Below are positions 12,982 through 26,459 of a stretch of DNA of 64,000 nt, in pieces. This DNA is from Nemertoderma westbladi (taxonomy: Eukaryota; Animalia; Xenacoelomorpha). Location: assembly GCA_032718475.1 (NCBI GenBank), contig JAUCBJ010003704.1:18261-82260 (forward strand), given 5' to 3'. Made by a program: the position numbers and the translations under genes. The first letter of the stretch is position 1, and the number at the start of each line of letters is the position of its first letter. The notes beneath the pieces are model-generated. The model had not been told where the DNA came from. It searched no databases and saw only the letters and a list, made by a program, of their open reading frames with translations.

Positions 12982-14446
12982 TATTAATGAGGGACACAAA
13001 CATTAATGAGGGACACAAACATTAATGAGGGACACTAACATTAATGAGGGGCACAAACATTAATGAGGGACACACATTAATGAGGGGCACAAACATTAAT
13101 GAGGGACACACATTAATGAGGGACACAAACATTAATGAGGGACACAAATATTAATGAGGGACACAAACATTAATGAGGGACACAAACATTAATGAGGGAC
13201 ACAAACATTAATGGGGGACATAAACATTAATGAGGGACAAAAACATTAATGAGGGACACACATTAATGAGGGACACAAACATTAATGAGGGACACAAATA
13301 TTAATGAGGGACAAAAACATTAATGAGGTGCACAAACATTAATGAGGGACACACATTAATGAGGGAGACACAAACATTAATGAGGGACACAAATATTAAT
13401 GAGGGACACAAACATTAATGAGGGACACAAACATTAATGAGAGACACAAACATTAATGAGGGACACAAACATTAATGGGGGGACACCTTAATAGTTAATA
13501 GACACCTTACTAATTTGTATATGCCTAGGGGCCATACATATGCTTAATCCGGCTCTGGGGGACACCTTAATAGGGGTCAATGCTTCCCAATGAATATTAA
13601 TAAGGGCGATGGTGATCCTTGCCGTCAGACATATTAGATATTGATTAGCTGAAAAACTACTACCATGGGAACGTGACCTCTGGTACAGCGGCGGTGTAGA
13701 CAATTACAATTCCATGTAGTTGCAGAACGTACTTGTGGATGCTTATTAAGCTATTTTTATTTTTGTTGCCGTTGCGTTGGAGGGTAATATACGGTGTGGG
13801 ATAGTGAAAATGGTAGGTACTGGTAGCCGTAATAATAAAACTATTTAAACTATTCCATATAAATCCGGCGTGGTAGAAATAGTTTTGATGCATTTGTGGT
13901 ATAAGTTTCTGTGATGGAACTTGTAATAATATACAGTATATTGCAGATTGATTGACTTTTTTAAGTGTCTAAGATTAATCCTTAATTAAATTATTTACTC
14001 CTGTTATCAAATAAATAGCTCAACTCCAATTCATTTATTAATAAATAATCAGAAAGGACATTTCTTCACACGATACGAAATGCGATACGAAAAATTCTAA
14101 GATACGCAAATGAACAAAGATACTCTGAACAAGGTAGCTAGCTCACTTTCAATTATGTAGATGGAAGGAATATCTACCAGACTACTACTCCACTCACGCA
14201 CTACTTTAATCAAAGGGCACGTTCCTCATTAACGTGTCCCTCAATAATGTTTGTGTCCCTCAATTAATGTTTGTGTCCCTCATTAATGTTTGTGTCCCTC
14301 AATAATGTTTGTGTCACTCATTAATGTTTGTGTCCCTCATTAATGATTGTGTCCCTAATTAAAGTGTGTCCCTCATTAATGTTAGTGTCCCTCATTAATG
14401 TTTGTGTCCCTCATTAATGTTTGTGTCCCACATTAATGTTTGTGTC
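12982..14446. mobile_element. Foldback-like element with inverted arms made of 19-bp tandem repeats
   Basis: About 25 copies of ATTAATGAGGGACACAAAC (12982-13487) face about 11 inverted copies GTTTGTGTCCCTCATTAAT (14230-14446) around an AT-rich core. Confidence 0.8.
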
Positions 14447-17400
14447 CTGGCCGCTATGGGCTTCCGTTGAGAACTTATAACATGACGAACTTTAGGTCCT
14501 AATCATGCGAACAGAGCTATCCTAACAAAGCGACCTTAGATCCCACTTTATACCATTCACAAAACCTTTGGTAACCACCACTCTTGAACTTCTTATCTTT
14601 GTTTCTAAATTACATACATTAGTTGAAATATCATATCGTGGAGTATATCGGGATATCCCGAGATATCACCACATATTGCACAGGGACATCCTGGGGATAT
14701 CAAAACTCCGAAGATTTGGGGAATCCATGATAACTCAATGAGAGGAAACATCGATCACAGTTCTGAGATACCACCATCAAGCCAAATGAGACGCAATTTA
14801 ATATTTTTCAACATTGAAATATTAATAAACAGTAAATAAATAAAATATAATTTATACTTACGACACGTCACACTCCAAACGTTATTGTGCCATGGCTCAG
14901 ATTTTATAGTCGAGCACCATAAAAGGTAATTCGCTGAACTGTTTAATGCAACACTGTAATAAAAGATATTGGTTCACGGTCCTATTGACACAAGTGTTGG
15001 TTCACGGTCCTATTCAGACATAAGTGACCATTTATTACCGTACTGTGTATGTGTGTGTCCAGAGCGATATCTCCGTTATTTAAAAATCAATCGAAACGAA
15101 ATTTTGACAAGCGTTAGATATACAGTAGGCATGATGACAGCTCTTACAGAAAATTAGCTTTTGAGATGATATTTGGAGAGAGGGCTGTTGCGCTGTCTGA
15201 AAAGTCCAGTAGTATACCGCCTACCGGATCCTAGTAACGATGTACCTTACTGTAAGATCTAGTACTGCAGTGTATACGGGCTCGTACAGTACATATCTGA
15301 CAATAAATCCCAGTCCAGGGAGTCTAAATAAACAGATACTAAATACGCAAACTACTACTGGCGAGGAACGGAGCCTGGTGTCTATTCTAATACGTGGGCG
15401 AGTCAAATGCCCGGGCGAACTAGACAAAACAGGATACCCGGCCTCTAACCGGTGAGGCAGATGTACAGTCTACGGTGACAGACCAAACTCACGAGGAAAC
15501 AATCCCCGCGCAGCGAATCCTAACTATCGCTAACGGACCTAAATACAAAACTTGCCGCGGTGTGATTTATATGGTTTATATACGAGCTAGTGGATTAACA
15601 GACTAGCGTAACAATACTACTAACAAGCGGTAGCAGTCAAAAGGGTGGAGTACCTAAAGTAACAATACTGCTGACAGAGGCAAAGCAGTCAAAAGGGTGC
15701 ATGCCATCTAAAATACTTGCCGTAAAACTAAATATCTCCTAAAATTACAAATACGAATGGTAGAAACTGCAGAATAAATCCTATTGAAAAGTAACCTAAA
15801 GTAAGCTAGTAGCTAGCAGGTCTCGAAGGGGAGTATATATGTTTTAGGATGTGTGTGTGTGTGTGTGTTACGAATAAAACAATTTTGGTGTATCGCCGTC
15901 ATACTAGGTTTCGGTGATTTCTGACCAAAACAATACCGGGCGCTAGCTACTAAAATAAGCTAGTCGCGCTCTGTAGGGCTTAATACCTACAAACTGACAT
16001 CAAAGCTCTCTCCTTCCTATATCCACAACTCAACCGGGAAATTACGGTGTTAGTAACTACACCCGTGATCGGCACAAATACCAGATTCTGGTTGTAAGAT
16101 AAGAAATAGGTATTAATTGCTACCTTACGTTAGCTGATCTGGTATACAAATTTGATTCTAGAATTTTGTTGCTGCGAATTTTGTTGTTAGCAGCAAATAC
16201 CTATCAGTACGTGGCAAGGCGCGGTAGGATATTACAGTAGTAACCTCCCTAGGCCAAGCATGTGCCAGTAGCAGAAAGCTGCTCCTTGCCTGATCAAATA
16301 TTTCGGGCTCAGGCAGGGGCGGGCAAATGTATAAACTACAAGGTGAACCGGTACAGAGCTGTCAGTACTGCAAATCACCAAATTATGGAACTTGTGCTGT
16401 CTGCACCTAAAGTGTACTTACGCGTACTGACGAACAGCAATAGTTCACACCTGTTGGAGATACAGGTTAATCCGGGGATATCCGGGAAATATTTATCGAT
16501 TATGATCTTACTCGGCTGCAAGCAGAAGAACAGTTTCTTCACCGCCAGGCGCTAAGAAACTCTCGTCCTCGCAGTAGTATCGGCTCCTTATGTTCCGTCC
16601 GTCAGTCCGTAGGGCGACGTATCCACGGTCCCAGGCTGCCAGGGCGGAGATCGGAATAGAAAGACTGGTATTTGGGCTAGTAGTCACATATGTCTTTATT
16701 CCATTAGGTAAACTATAGATATAATATATATTATATAAGTTATCGCACACTATTACACAGATAAGATAAAGATAAGTATAAAGATAAAGTATATATAGGT
16801 AGATATAAAGTAAAGATAAGGTAAATATATTATATATGTACTATATGTACATACTATATATATGTACTTACAGACGATTCCCTCTTTCAGTTGTTGCTGA
16901 CTGAATACTGCTATCGGACTATGTAGTATGCATTATGTCAGTATGTGTAGGCTATATGTACAGTTGTAAAGGCTTTTGCGTAATTAGCCGGTTATTTTCC
17001 CCGTAAAGTACTCTATAGTTGGTTTACCAGGCATAAAAGGCCGTGTCCTTACTGTATTGTTGTTTTAGAGGACATAAAAGCAATTTCTTCTGTATGTGTA
17101 CTTTAGCGGACATAATCCGCAATTTTATGACGCAATAAGCCGGATCCTCTTGAAACAGTGTAGCTACCATGACGACGGCTAACAGCTGATATTGCCACGT
17201 AGAACATATCTTTGTTCTTTGTTCTCTCTTTGTTCGGTCGACCAATCAGAGCGTTTTTTGCCTCTGTGTTAGATGGTAGATAGAAACTCGTGGAGTTGAG
17301 TATCAGTATGTGATTTTTCCACAGCCTACAACACCGGCGTGGAACCTCCGTGTTTCAGTCTTTAGTTCAACATTAGTCAGTTAGTAGGCTTAATTATAGA

Positions 17401-18516
17401 ACGTATATCCGTTATCTCACTTAATCATAACTTACTCACTGATCATATCTAACTATCCATAACTTAACTAATCATACCATAACACAACTTACTTAACTCA
17501 ATCCGTGTTTCGTACTGCTATTTACTGTCGGTTATTCATTATATTTGTTGATGGAATATTATATTCGGAATACTGATAAACAATCCCCAATCTTCTTGAT
17601 ATACTAAAGGTTAGAGAGACCGGATACATATAACGATTGCGACTTACATTAAGTGGTTTGAAGTGAATCTAATGCTATTTTATAGGCCCTACACGTATTG
17701 TCTGTTGTTCTCCTTATATGTGACTAAAATTAGTGAAGGTCGGCAGATTGGTGTGCAGCATTGTGCAGTATTGTGTATGATTGTGATTGATAACGAAGCA
17801 TCTCCTAAAGAATGCGCCATATACGTGAATCTATAGCCATCCGTTGTGTATAGTTTAAGTCATAACTCTGTTTATATATTTAAAGCGCCACGTCCTAAAG
17901 GAACTGTTAATATTTCCCGAAAGTGAATAATATTTGTCAGAGATTATATATATTACGATCAGTCGAATAATACAGTAGGCCTACCTCGCAATACGGTTAG
18001 GCTTCCGAATCCAGTCTCCCGGGTATATCCAGCGGGTGAATGATCGCGCATAGACTGGATTCGGCTAATGTAGTGTATCAAATACTTGTTATAGGCTAAA
18101 GACTATTTATCATCTAAAAGACATCCAAATTTGGCAGGTTAAACTGCTAAAGGTCTGAAAGCGCGAACAATAACGGATATATCGTCTAATTGCAGGGTAG
18201 GCAATAAATACAGTTTAATATTGTTCTGGTAAGAACAATAACGGATATTGCTTCTGTATTGCAGTAGGCAATAAAGCTGAAGTACCGGCAACCGGTACCC
18301 AGTAGGCCTGACTACCTAACCACCCGGACTGGTACCTACAGCAGTACAGGTACAGCAGTATTATTCGATTTTGATAATTATATACCAGTAGGCCTTAATA
18401 ATTAATCAGGGACGGCCGCCCTGGTTTTTTATTGAGATTTTACTTATTTCTGTCAAGTTTTATTTATTTGTAGGCTAATATTGAGCAGAAGGCGTGTAAG
18501 CCTGCTCAGATTGTAC

Positions 18517-19083
18517 AGATAATTTGTAGGCTGGACTGTTGTCTAACTGTTGTTAAGTCTGAACGGATTGCAGTGTGTGTAGAGCATCTGTCCGATAAAG
18601 TGCTAGTTAGGAATGTAGGGGCTTCAAGTGCTGTGAGGTAAACCCCCTTTGAAAGAATAAGTCGTACTACTAGGTTAGAACGCATACTAACTAATCATTT
18701 CGGAGTCTGCATATACTATAGTTTATTTAGGCTTGATAGTAGTCTGCCATCGTTTGGTCTGTACTTTGTTTGTGTAGTCTGTACAGGTAGCGTATAATTC
18801 TTACTTAGATAATTTGTAGGCTGGATTTTGTCTGGCTGTTGTTAGGTCTTGAGAGATTTCGGTGTGTGTAGAGTATATGTCCGATAAAGTGCCAGTTGGG
18901 AACGTAGGGGCTTCCAGAGCTGTGAGGTGAACCCCCTCGAAAGAATAAGTCGTACTACTCGGTTAGAACGCATACTAACTAACCATTTCGGAGTCTGCAT
19001 ATACCGTAGTTTGTTTGGGCTTGATAGTAGTCTGTCAGTATTTGGTCTGCATTTTGTTTGAGTAGTCTGTACGCGTAGCGTAA
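18517..19083 (+). repeat. ~290-bp tandem duplication in the family-2 leader
   Basis: AGATAATTTGTAGGCTGGA...GTAGCGTA occurs at 18517 and 18807; the inverted paralogue has a single copy (~43905-44190). Confidence 0.85.
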
Positions 19084-20029
19084 TATTTATTATTCAGAGT
19101 TTATGCGATTATTCGCAACATTCATTCCCCAAGTTTATTCCTACAGTAATTGTGCTTGTTATATATACCGTTACAGTTAAACTAACCCCGGTACTACATC
19201 AGGGCTGCTCGGCGTAGGTAAAGACTGGAGATTTTATGCTTTGGTCACTCCGGCAGATACCGTGGTTCTTTTAGCTGTTCAAGTATTTTTAACTACTAAT
19301 TATTTGTTGTACAAGTACTTGTACCTAATTTAGGGTTTAGTGTACAGTGCTTTCCGAAGGTGATTAGTGTGAAGGCAGTATATTTGTGTTGTAAAGTGGT
19401 TAATAGGCACGTTGGTTCTGGTAGACCGCGGTAATTAACTTCTAGGTAGGAACACTCCGTGATACATAACGTAGTACTTATAGCGCCACGGCTATAAGTC
19501 GTCAGACGGTGGTATTTTCCTATCTGGACAACGCAGTATATTTACTACTACTTATTATTTTCAAATACCGTAGTAACCTGTCCGTTGTAATAACCAGATA
19601 TTCTAACCCTTTGTTAGGCTGGTTTGTAGACTTCTTGTAAAATTACCCTAAAAATTCGTACTTGTAAATTTTTTGTGTTTATTTAGAGATTGTAATCTCA
19701 ACCCGAATTGTACGTAATTTGTAGTATTAAGTAACTTAGGTAAATTAGAATTATTTGTTTTAGTGTCCAACAAGTAGCACTTCACTGAGAGCGCACAGCT
19801 TCTGTGTAGTGACTCCCCCCAGAAATAATAACATTTATTTCAAATATTGACAAAAACCCATTTTTACGGGTATATATATTATAAATCAACTCAAACTGAT
19901 TTATAAAATAGTAGGCCTGTCATACAACAATTAGGTCTAAATATCAGTTGGACTACTGCTTAAATAACGGTAATAAAGTAAGTTAAAGTAACCAAGTAAC
20001 CCTAAAATTCAGAAATTCAGTTATTCTAA

Positions 20030-20420
20030 AATAATTGACATACCGGTATTTACAATAGGCTTATTATATTTATTTCTATAAATTTTAGGCTGAAATTATA
20101 CCGGTATTCTGTAATTAATTCTAGTTAATAATTATACTTATATATATACATTATAAGTGTAAGCTGTATACCGGTATTCACGATAGGCCTATTATATACT
20201 TATAAATTTAGGCTGAAATTATACCGGTATTCTGTAATTAATTCTAGTTAATAATTATACTTATATATACTATAAGTGTAAACTGCATACCAGTATTCAC
20301 GATAGGCCTATTATATATTTATATATACTTGTGCTGAAAGTACATACCGGTATTCTGTGACAAATCTAGTCTGTGACAATACTTATATATATATACTATA
20401 AGCATACCGGTATTCTAATA
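20030..20420 (+). repeat. AT-rich ~120-bp tandem repeats with ATACCGGTAT palindromes upstream of Gag
   Basis: Repeated ATACCGGTATTC / TTATACTTATATATA; also present inverted at ~42690-42950. Confidence 0.7.
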
Positions 20421-20549
20421 TATTATATATATATCACGCTACACTGAGTAGCAGTATCGGTAATTAATTACTAGGCTAACAGTGATACTGAATTACTAGA
20501 CTTGCTTAAACTGTAATATAGCAGTAGGCATTCAACTGTACAAACCAAC

Positions 20550-23500
20550 ATGTCTGACACAAAGCAAAACCTGTCAGACAGTCTCCTAGATACAACCATA
20601 TGTGACCCAGACAGGAGTGTGGAACGTGTAGGACCGAAGTTCAACTCACCTCCTACTGTAAGAAAGATCATCCCTCCCGTAGTAATATCAGACCCTAGGC
20701 TAGTCCAACATCGTAGGTCTATCATAGGCACTCGAGCTCAGGTCAAGCGGGACCAAGAAGCAGCGGAACAGCAACAACCCGCGAGCCAAGAACTTATTTC
20801 TCAACGGCCCGACAGCTCCAGTAGCGAGGATACTGTAGAGCTGACACCCGAGCGCGGAGCAAAGATGATGGATGCGGTTTATTCGGATCCCCTTCTCATC
20901 CTTCCTACAGCCGTACTCACTAGGTTATTGATTGTGGTGGAAGAACACCAGATCGATTGGGCGAGAAATAAACGATCGACTAAAGATAGTTATGCGGGAT
21001 ATACAAAGGAAGAACTGAAGTCTATTGTCGAGTTGCAATGGAACTTCCCCGGACCCGGACTCCCGTTTGATTTATCAGAAGCTGCCTGGGAAGATATACA
21101 CAGGATGGGAGTAACCAAAGAAACCATCGATCCAGCTGTGTGGAAGAGGTCCGCAGCAGGATACGCACAGGGATTCTTCAGCTCCATGGAGCGATTAAAA
21201 GAACAACTGTTTCAACAACCCCAAGGACCTCAAGAGCAGGGACAGCTGCTTTATCAAGTTAGAGAAAGAATTCTACGAATCAGGCTAATCTTATCGGCCT
21301 TTGAGGAGGCTTCTAAAAGAAGACAAGACACGTCGTTGCAAGTTGCCGTAAAGACTTGGTTTCAACGGGTGAGTCTCCAGGTTCAAGGAACGGCTCAGTG
21401 GAAAGCTCAGCTGGAGGATCGCTCAACCCATGGAGAATCAACAGACGCTACTTTTTCCCAAGTGGAAAGTGAAGCGACGGCAGAGAAACCGCATAAGAGG
21501 GATGCCATTGACATCTATCTGTCAGACTATCAACGTTTTTTAGGTGATGAAGAGTTGAGGAGAAGGCTGGATGGACTTAGCCCTAATAGCGAAGGAACCC
21601 AGCGTGTGTTAGACGCCATCGATGTGGATATGAGAGCTGCGAACCAAGCTAAATTTGATGAACAACTCCGCATCGCTAGAGTCCAAGAAGAACAAGTAAA
21701 GAAAAAACGTATAGAAGACAGAAAGGCAGCGGCAGTGGCAGCAGCAGTGGCAGCTGCAGTAGCAGAAAGAAAAGCGGCAGTGGCAGAGGCGGAAAGAAAG
21801 GCGGCAGTGGCAGCGGCCGAGGCGGAAAGAAAGGCGGCAGCAGCAGAAGCGGAAAGAAGAGCGGCAGAGGCAGTGGCAGAAGCAGAACGGAGAGCGGCTG
21901 AAGACACCACCCAATTAGAATTGGAAAACATTCAGGAGAATCAAGACTGCATAAATAAACAGTTAACAGCTAGTAATATGCAGATGATGAATCGATCTAC
22001 TCCCAAAAGACAGGGATATACATCATCTGAGGAAGGCGATACCACCGATACTGAAGGCAAAGGAAATAGGTCTCGTCTAAGCAGACGTAGAAGAACATCC
22101 CACCGTCAGAAATTGCCTGATTTGCCTCCAGCTGTTAGAAGGCAACTAAATAACACAAACTTAGGTAGTACAGAACCCACAGACCCAATAATTAAAATAG
22201 AAAGACTCCCTACTATAGTAGATGAGCCTGAAATAATTAGGCCTGTTCCCGAAGCCACCCTTTCGGTGGTAGAGACACCTGTACTCCCTGAACCTACCTC
22301 TAAATTCCCTCTGCACAGCACTAAGCTATCTGTGCCACACAGAACCACCCTTGAAAATGTTCATGTCCTGGACTCCGAGCGAAATATTAATGATTTGTCG
22401 CCCGTTGTCCCTCGTCGGCCCGCTACAACGTTGGCGGCTCCCGCTTCGGCGGTCGAGTGGGTGGATGAGGGACGACGGGGGATGGATCTCCTGCTCGGGC
22501 AGATGCAGGAGACTGTTCAGCAATTCAAGGGCACAGTAAGGGAAAGTAGGTTAGAGTTGCAAGAAGTGCAGCAAAGTATCGCGCTAGAACGCGATAAATT
22601 AGTAAATACACAAAAGGGTATACCACCACCCCCTGTAACAATGTGTCAACCTGTTAGGTCTGAAGTATCTCATGCGCAAGGTGTGGAGCCTACACGCATA
22701 TATACTGCTAGTGAAGTAGAAACTCCTATAGTGAACCCTATTAAGGGTAATTATAGACCTGTTGATAATGATATTCCCTATAGACCTGATCATAATCCGA
22801 GAAATTTATATACCGATAACTCGATATTAAATAACACGATGGCCCAAGAAAGTTTTACGCGTCAAATGGCTAGAACCGAAGCCCGGCAAGCGGTAAAGGT
22901 GGGAGAGATCGTCAAGTTCAATGGAGATGAGATGAAATGGTTACCTTTTAATGAATATTACAAAGATAACATACAGAACTCTGTACTATCTAATGGAGAG
23001 AAACTTAGATTCCTCATCGAGTGCTTGGAAGGATCTCCCAAGTTAATGGCGTTAAAGTTTATTGGACATCCAGACGGATTAAGACAAGTTTGGGATACAC
23101 TAAACATCAGGTATGGTAATAGGAATAACATAGCTAAATATTTGTATGCAAAATTAGTAGCACCCCGAAAGTTCATTAGCAGCGGGATAATAGAGTTTTC
23201 CGATGAGATTCAGGAGATCTGTAGACAATTAGATTGGTTAGGTAAGTCTCATGAATATCAGAGTTCTATGGTTATTGGAGCCGTGGCCTCTACTTTACCG
23301 AAGGGTGGAGTAGGTACACGCTGGGATAAGAAAGTGTTATATATGATGGAACAACAACGACGAGACCCTACCATGGCTGATCTCATGTCATTCTTAGATG
23401 GAGAAGTGAAATTACAGCTCCTAAAACAGTCCAGAGAGAAGACACCGGAAAACAAGGTAAGTGAGAAACCTGTTTCTAGGAGAAAGGTAACACCCGTGTG

Positions 23501-25411
23501 TTATACAGACGACGGCGAAAGCCAGACTTCTCAAGGAGAGGATAGCGGGAAAGACACTGAAAGATCTTATTATGTCAATAAAATGCCTAAAGAACAGGTA
23601 AGTAAATTCAAGTCTCGAACCAATGACAGGAGAGAACAGGTAAGAAAAACTCCTCCTACGTGTCCTAAGAGAATTCAGGTGAGAAAGCCCGAAGAAAGAA
23701 CGAGTGTGCACAATGTTATTCAAAATAAGGTAAGTAACATCAAACCGAAATGTGCGCTATGTGACGGGACCCACCGTTTGAATATGTGTGATGAATTCCT
23801 GAAGAAATCATTAGCGGAGAGACGGGAAGTCATGTGGGATAAGCGGTTGTGTTATAATTGCCTCAGACAAGGACACCAACGGCGAACCTGTTACTCCGAC
23901 ACAAGTTGTGCAAAGTGCGGTGCGAAACATCATATCTTGTTGCACACTGAATTTGAGCGAAACAGCCAGAGTCAGGTAAGTGATTCCGAACTACATGTCC
24001 AATTCAGTGATGTGAACGACACTGACCAAAGTTCTGAGATGGAAGGATTCTATACAGATGAATTCTCCGACGAAGGTGAATCCTGTTACATGATAAATAC
24101 CGCAGTGTATCGAGCACTCACGTATGAAAAAGATACAGACAGCGACCTCACCCTAACTACTTCTGATCGACAACCATCTTGGAAAGCGCCATCTTCCAAT
24201 GTAGGAATCCGAGAATTTCCTGTAGTACAGGTAAGGGTCCACGGACCTAAAAGGAGTTATGTAGTGAACGCCCTCCTTGACTCCGGTAGTACAGGAACAT
24301 TCATCGACAAAGAACTAGCCGAAGACATCTTTGCTGGACAACCCAAGTTCCGAACTAAGCTAAACATGTCAGGAATTATGCAGGTTTGGAAATCTACAGT
24401 AATCGCGGATTATTATGTAGGTGCGTTGTCCACCCCCCAGGATGAACTAGGAGAACATAGTATAAGGTCAGTAAAAATGGTGGCGATAAAGAACTTCGCT
24501 ACCACCCAAGTGGAACCTTATAACTGGGATGAGGACGATTTCACCCAGCAGCTGGAAATACCTAGATTCAACACCGATTACCCTGGAGTGCAAATACTCA
24601 TCGGTCAAAACGCGCATGAAGCGCTCGAGACATTGGAGAAACGGCCCGCTCAACCGCAACCACTACAAGCTTATGCGGGAAGAACTATAGTGGGTTGGTA
24701 CTTTACTGGCCCTTCCCGTAGAACTCTCATGGAAAGATTACCGAAAGACCAGGTATGTCAAGTGAGAGAATGGGAAGTCGAGAGCAGTGAGTTAGACGAT
24801 CCAACTGAGGGAACACCATACTCCTCAGATAATGACGATGTCCACCAACTTTTTGACGAGGAGAATGCCATCGATCTCCTTAAGGAAAACGAGACTTGGC
24901 AAAACCAAGTGAACTTATGTCAACTCCTTCTTCCATCAGAGCGAGACGACTATAACGACGAGCTTAATGACGTCATTGAACGTTATAATGCCAAGACTCG
25001 GGACGAACACGCCGTACGATTCTTTACTCAAGAGGCTGTAGAGCCCAACTCCTACGATAAGGCCCTATCGGTAGAGGAAGAAAGAGCCAAGCAGATCCAA
25101 GAGACCACTACACGTTTTCTTAAAGATCAAGGTAGATATGAGATCGGTCTACCTTTCCGAAAGCGAGAACCAAAGTTCGTAAACAACAGACCCTTGGCGG
25201 AGAAAAGAATTGCTCAACTACATCGACGCCTTACGGCAAATTCTTCAGCTAAAGAAATGTATCAAACGCAGTTGAAGAAGTTTATTAGCAAGGGATATGC
25301 GGAGCTAGTACCGGAAGAAACACCTATAACTGAGAGAACTTATTATTTAACTCACCATTATGTTCCCAAACCCGGTAAACCCCATGAAGTACGAGTGGTG
25401 TTTGACGGCTC
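20550..25411 (+). CDS. Family-2 BEL/Pao Gag-protease-pre-RT (5' half of polyprotein, cut by nested insertion)
   Basis: AEAERKA coiled-coil repeats, DUF1759-like KFNGDEMKWLPF...FLIECLEG, zinc knuckles CALCDGTH/CYNCLRQGH/CAKCGAKHH, protease LLDSGS and RT entry YYLTHHYV...VRVVFDGS. The last 40 aa of the track ORF come from the inserted LTR. Confidence 0.93.
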
Positions 25412-25939
25412 TGTGACGGGATCTGCGGATCCCGGTTTATCCGTTGGGTTTTCTATCCACGCGTCCCCGCCGTGTGTGAAAGGTAAAAGAGTTCTGATGT
25501 TGGGTAATATGTATAAAGGTATAATAGTCTGATAGTTGATATAGTATAGTATGACACAACAGGTAATATATAATGGCGGTAGCGGACGGTGACAGAAGTC
25601 CCCGTTCCACCCTACTGATCTGACTGAGTAAACTGAATGAATGATTACAGGTTACTGGTTATATTGCACGGTGGCCTTATTGCTACTCAATCGATGCCTT
25701 CCCCCCTCTGATTGGTTGATATCCCTGTTGGCACCCTTTGGAGTGTTTCCCTTCACTCCCTGTGTTCTCTCTCGGTTAGGGGTTTGGCCCCTGACCCCTA
25801 TTGTGTGTGTCTCCTTTGGGGCCTATTGTCCCCGTTTACTGGGCTGACACGAGGTTGATTGGTAATCAACCTCGTGCTCCCAATATTGCTTTATGGCTCA
25901 CTCTATGGGTTTGTGTTAGCGGAATTGGATAAGCTAACA
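25412..25939 (-). repeat. 3' LTR of family-3 copy A (528 bp)
   Basis: Direct repeat of 31612-32140, preceded on the minus strand by the PPT. Confidence 0.95.
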
Positions 25940-26459
25940 CTCCCCCCCATGCTATCTTCCCGGTGAGAAGATAGCATCCAACTCAAGTGCGCTACAATTC
26001 CGCTGGATCCCGATCTATTATCGGGTGTGGGGTGGGTCTATTTTTTCGGAGTCGGCTTTCCAGGCCGCTCCCTATGGGTATGATGTCACTACCCTCCGGC
26101 GTCTCGTGTCGGGCCGATCGTGCGCTTCTCTCACACAATTTTTGTTTCCCCAACACTCTCACCACTCTACTCCAACTCTCGCATACTCCCGGACCTCCTC
26201 GTCCCACAATCTTCCTCTCACTTCTCCTCCCCCACACTTGAATTGCGCCCACGCTCTCTTCGCATTCCGCACTAGTTACTCCATCCCTCCTCGGCTACCT
26301 TATCTCTTCTGACGAATCTCACCCCCCCTCCGTGCCGTCGCACTCAGGAAATGTGAAATCGTCTGGCGTCTTGTCCCTAGTGCCATAGTCACTTAGCCCC
26401 CCAGTCCCAGTAGCTAATTGAGAAAGGTTGTATGACTATAGTACTTACACCACTATCTC

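Noticed and set aside
12982-13487. CRISPR-like appearance of short repeats (also 52523-52760, 58881-59384, 27495-27962)
   Set aside because: Units are head-to-tail or have repetitive spacers; there are no unique spacers or cas genes and the context is eukaryotic.
15020-16964. Possible older minus-strand LTR/leader remnant (AATAAA near 16695, GC-rich block 16540-16650)
   Set aside because: No partner LTR, PBS or coding region could be assigned; a tested self-pairing was too weak.
21530-21931. Long antisense ORFs over Gag repeats (also 41049, 55059, 30362, 57502)
   Set aside because: Shadows of low-complexity coding sequence with no independent motifs.
25412-25532. C-terminal 40 aa of the 1660-aa ORF and N-terminal 27 aa of the 1106-aa ORF
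   Set aside because: Fortuitous read-through into the antisense strand of the inserted LTRs.
25412-25939. Hammerhead ribozyme (retrozyme) in the LTR
   Set aside because: I found no CUGANGA...GAAA core with proper stems on either strand.
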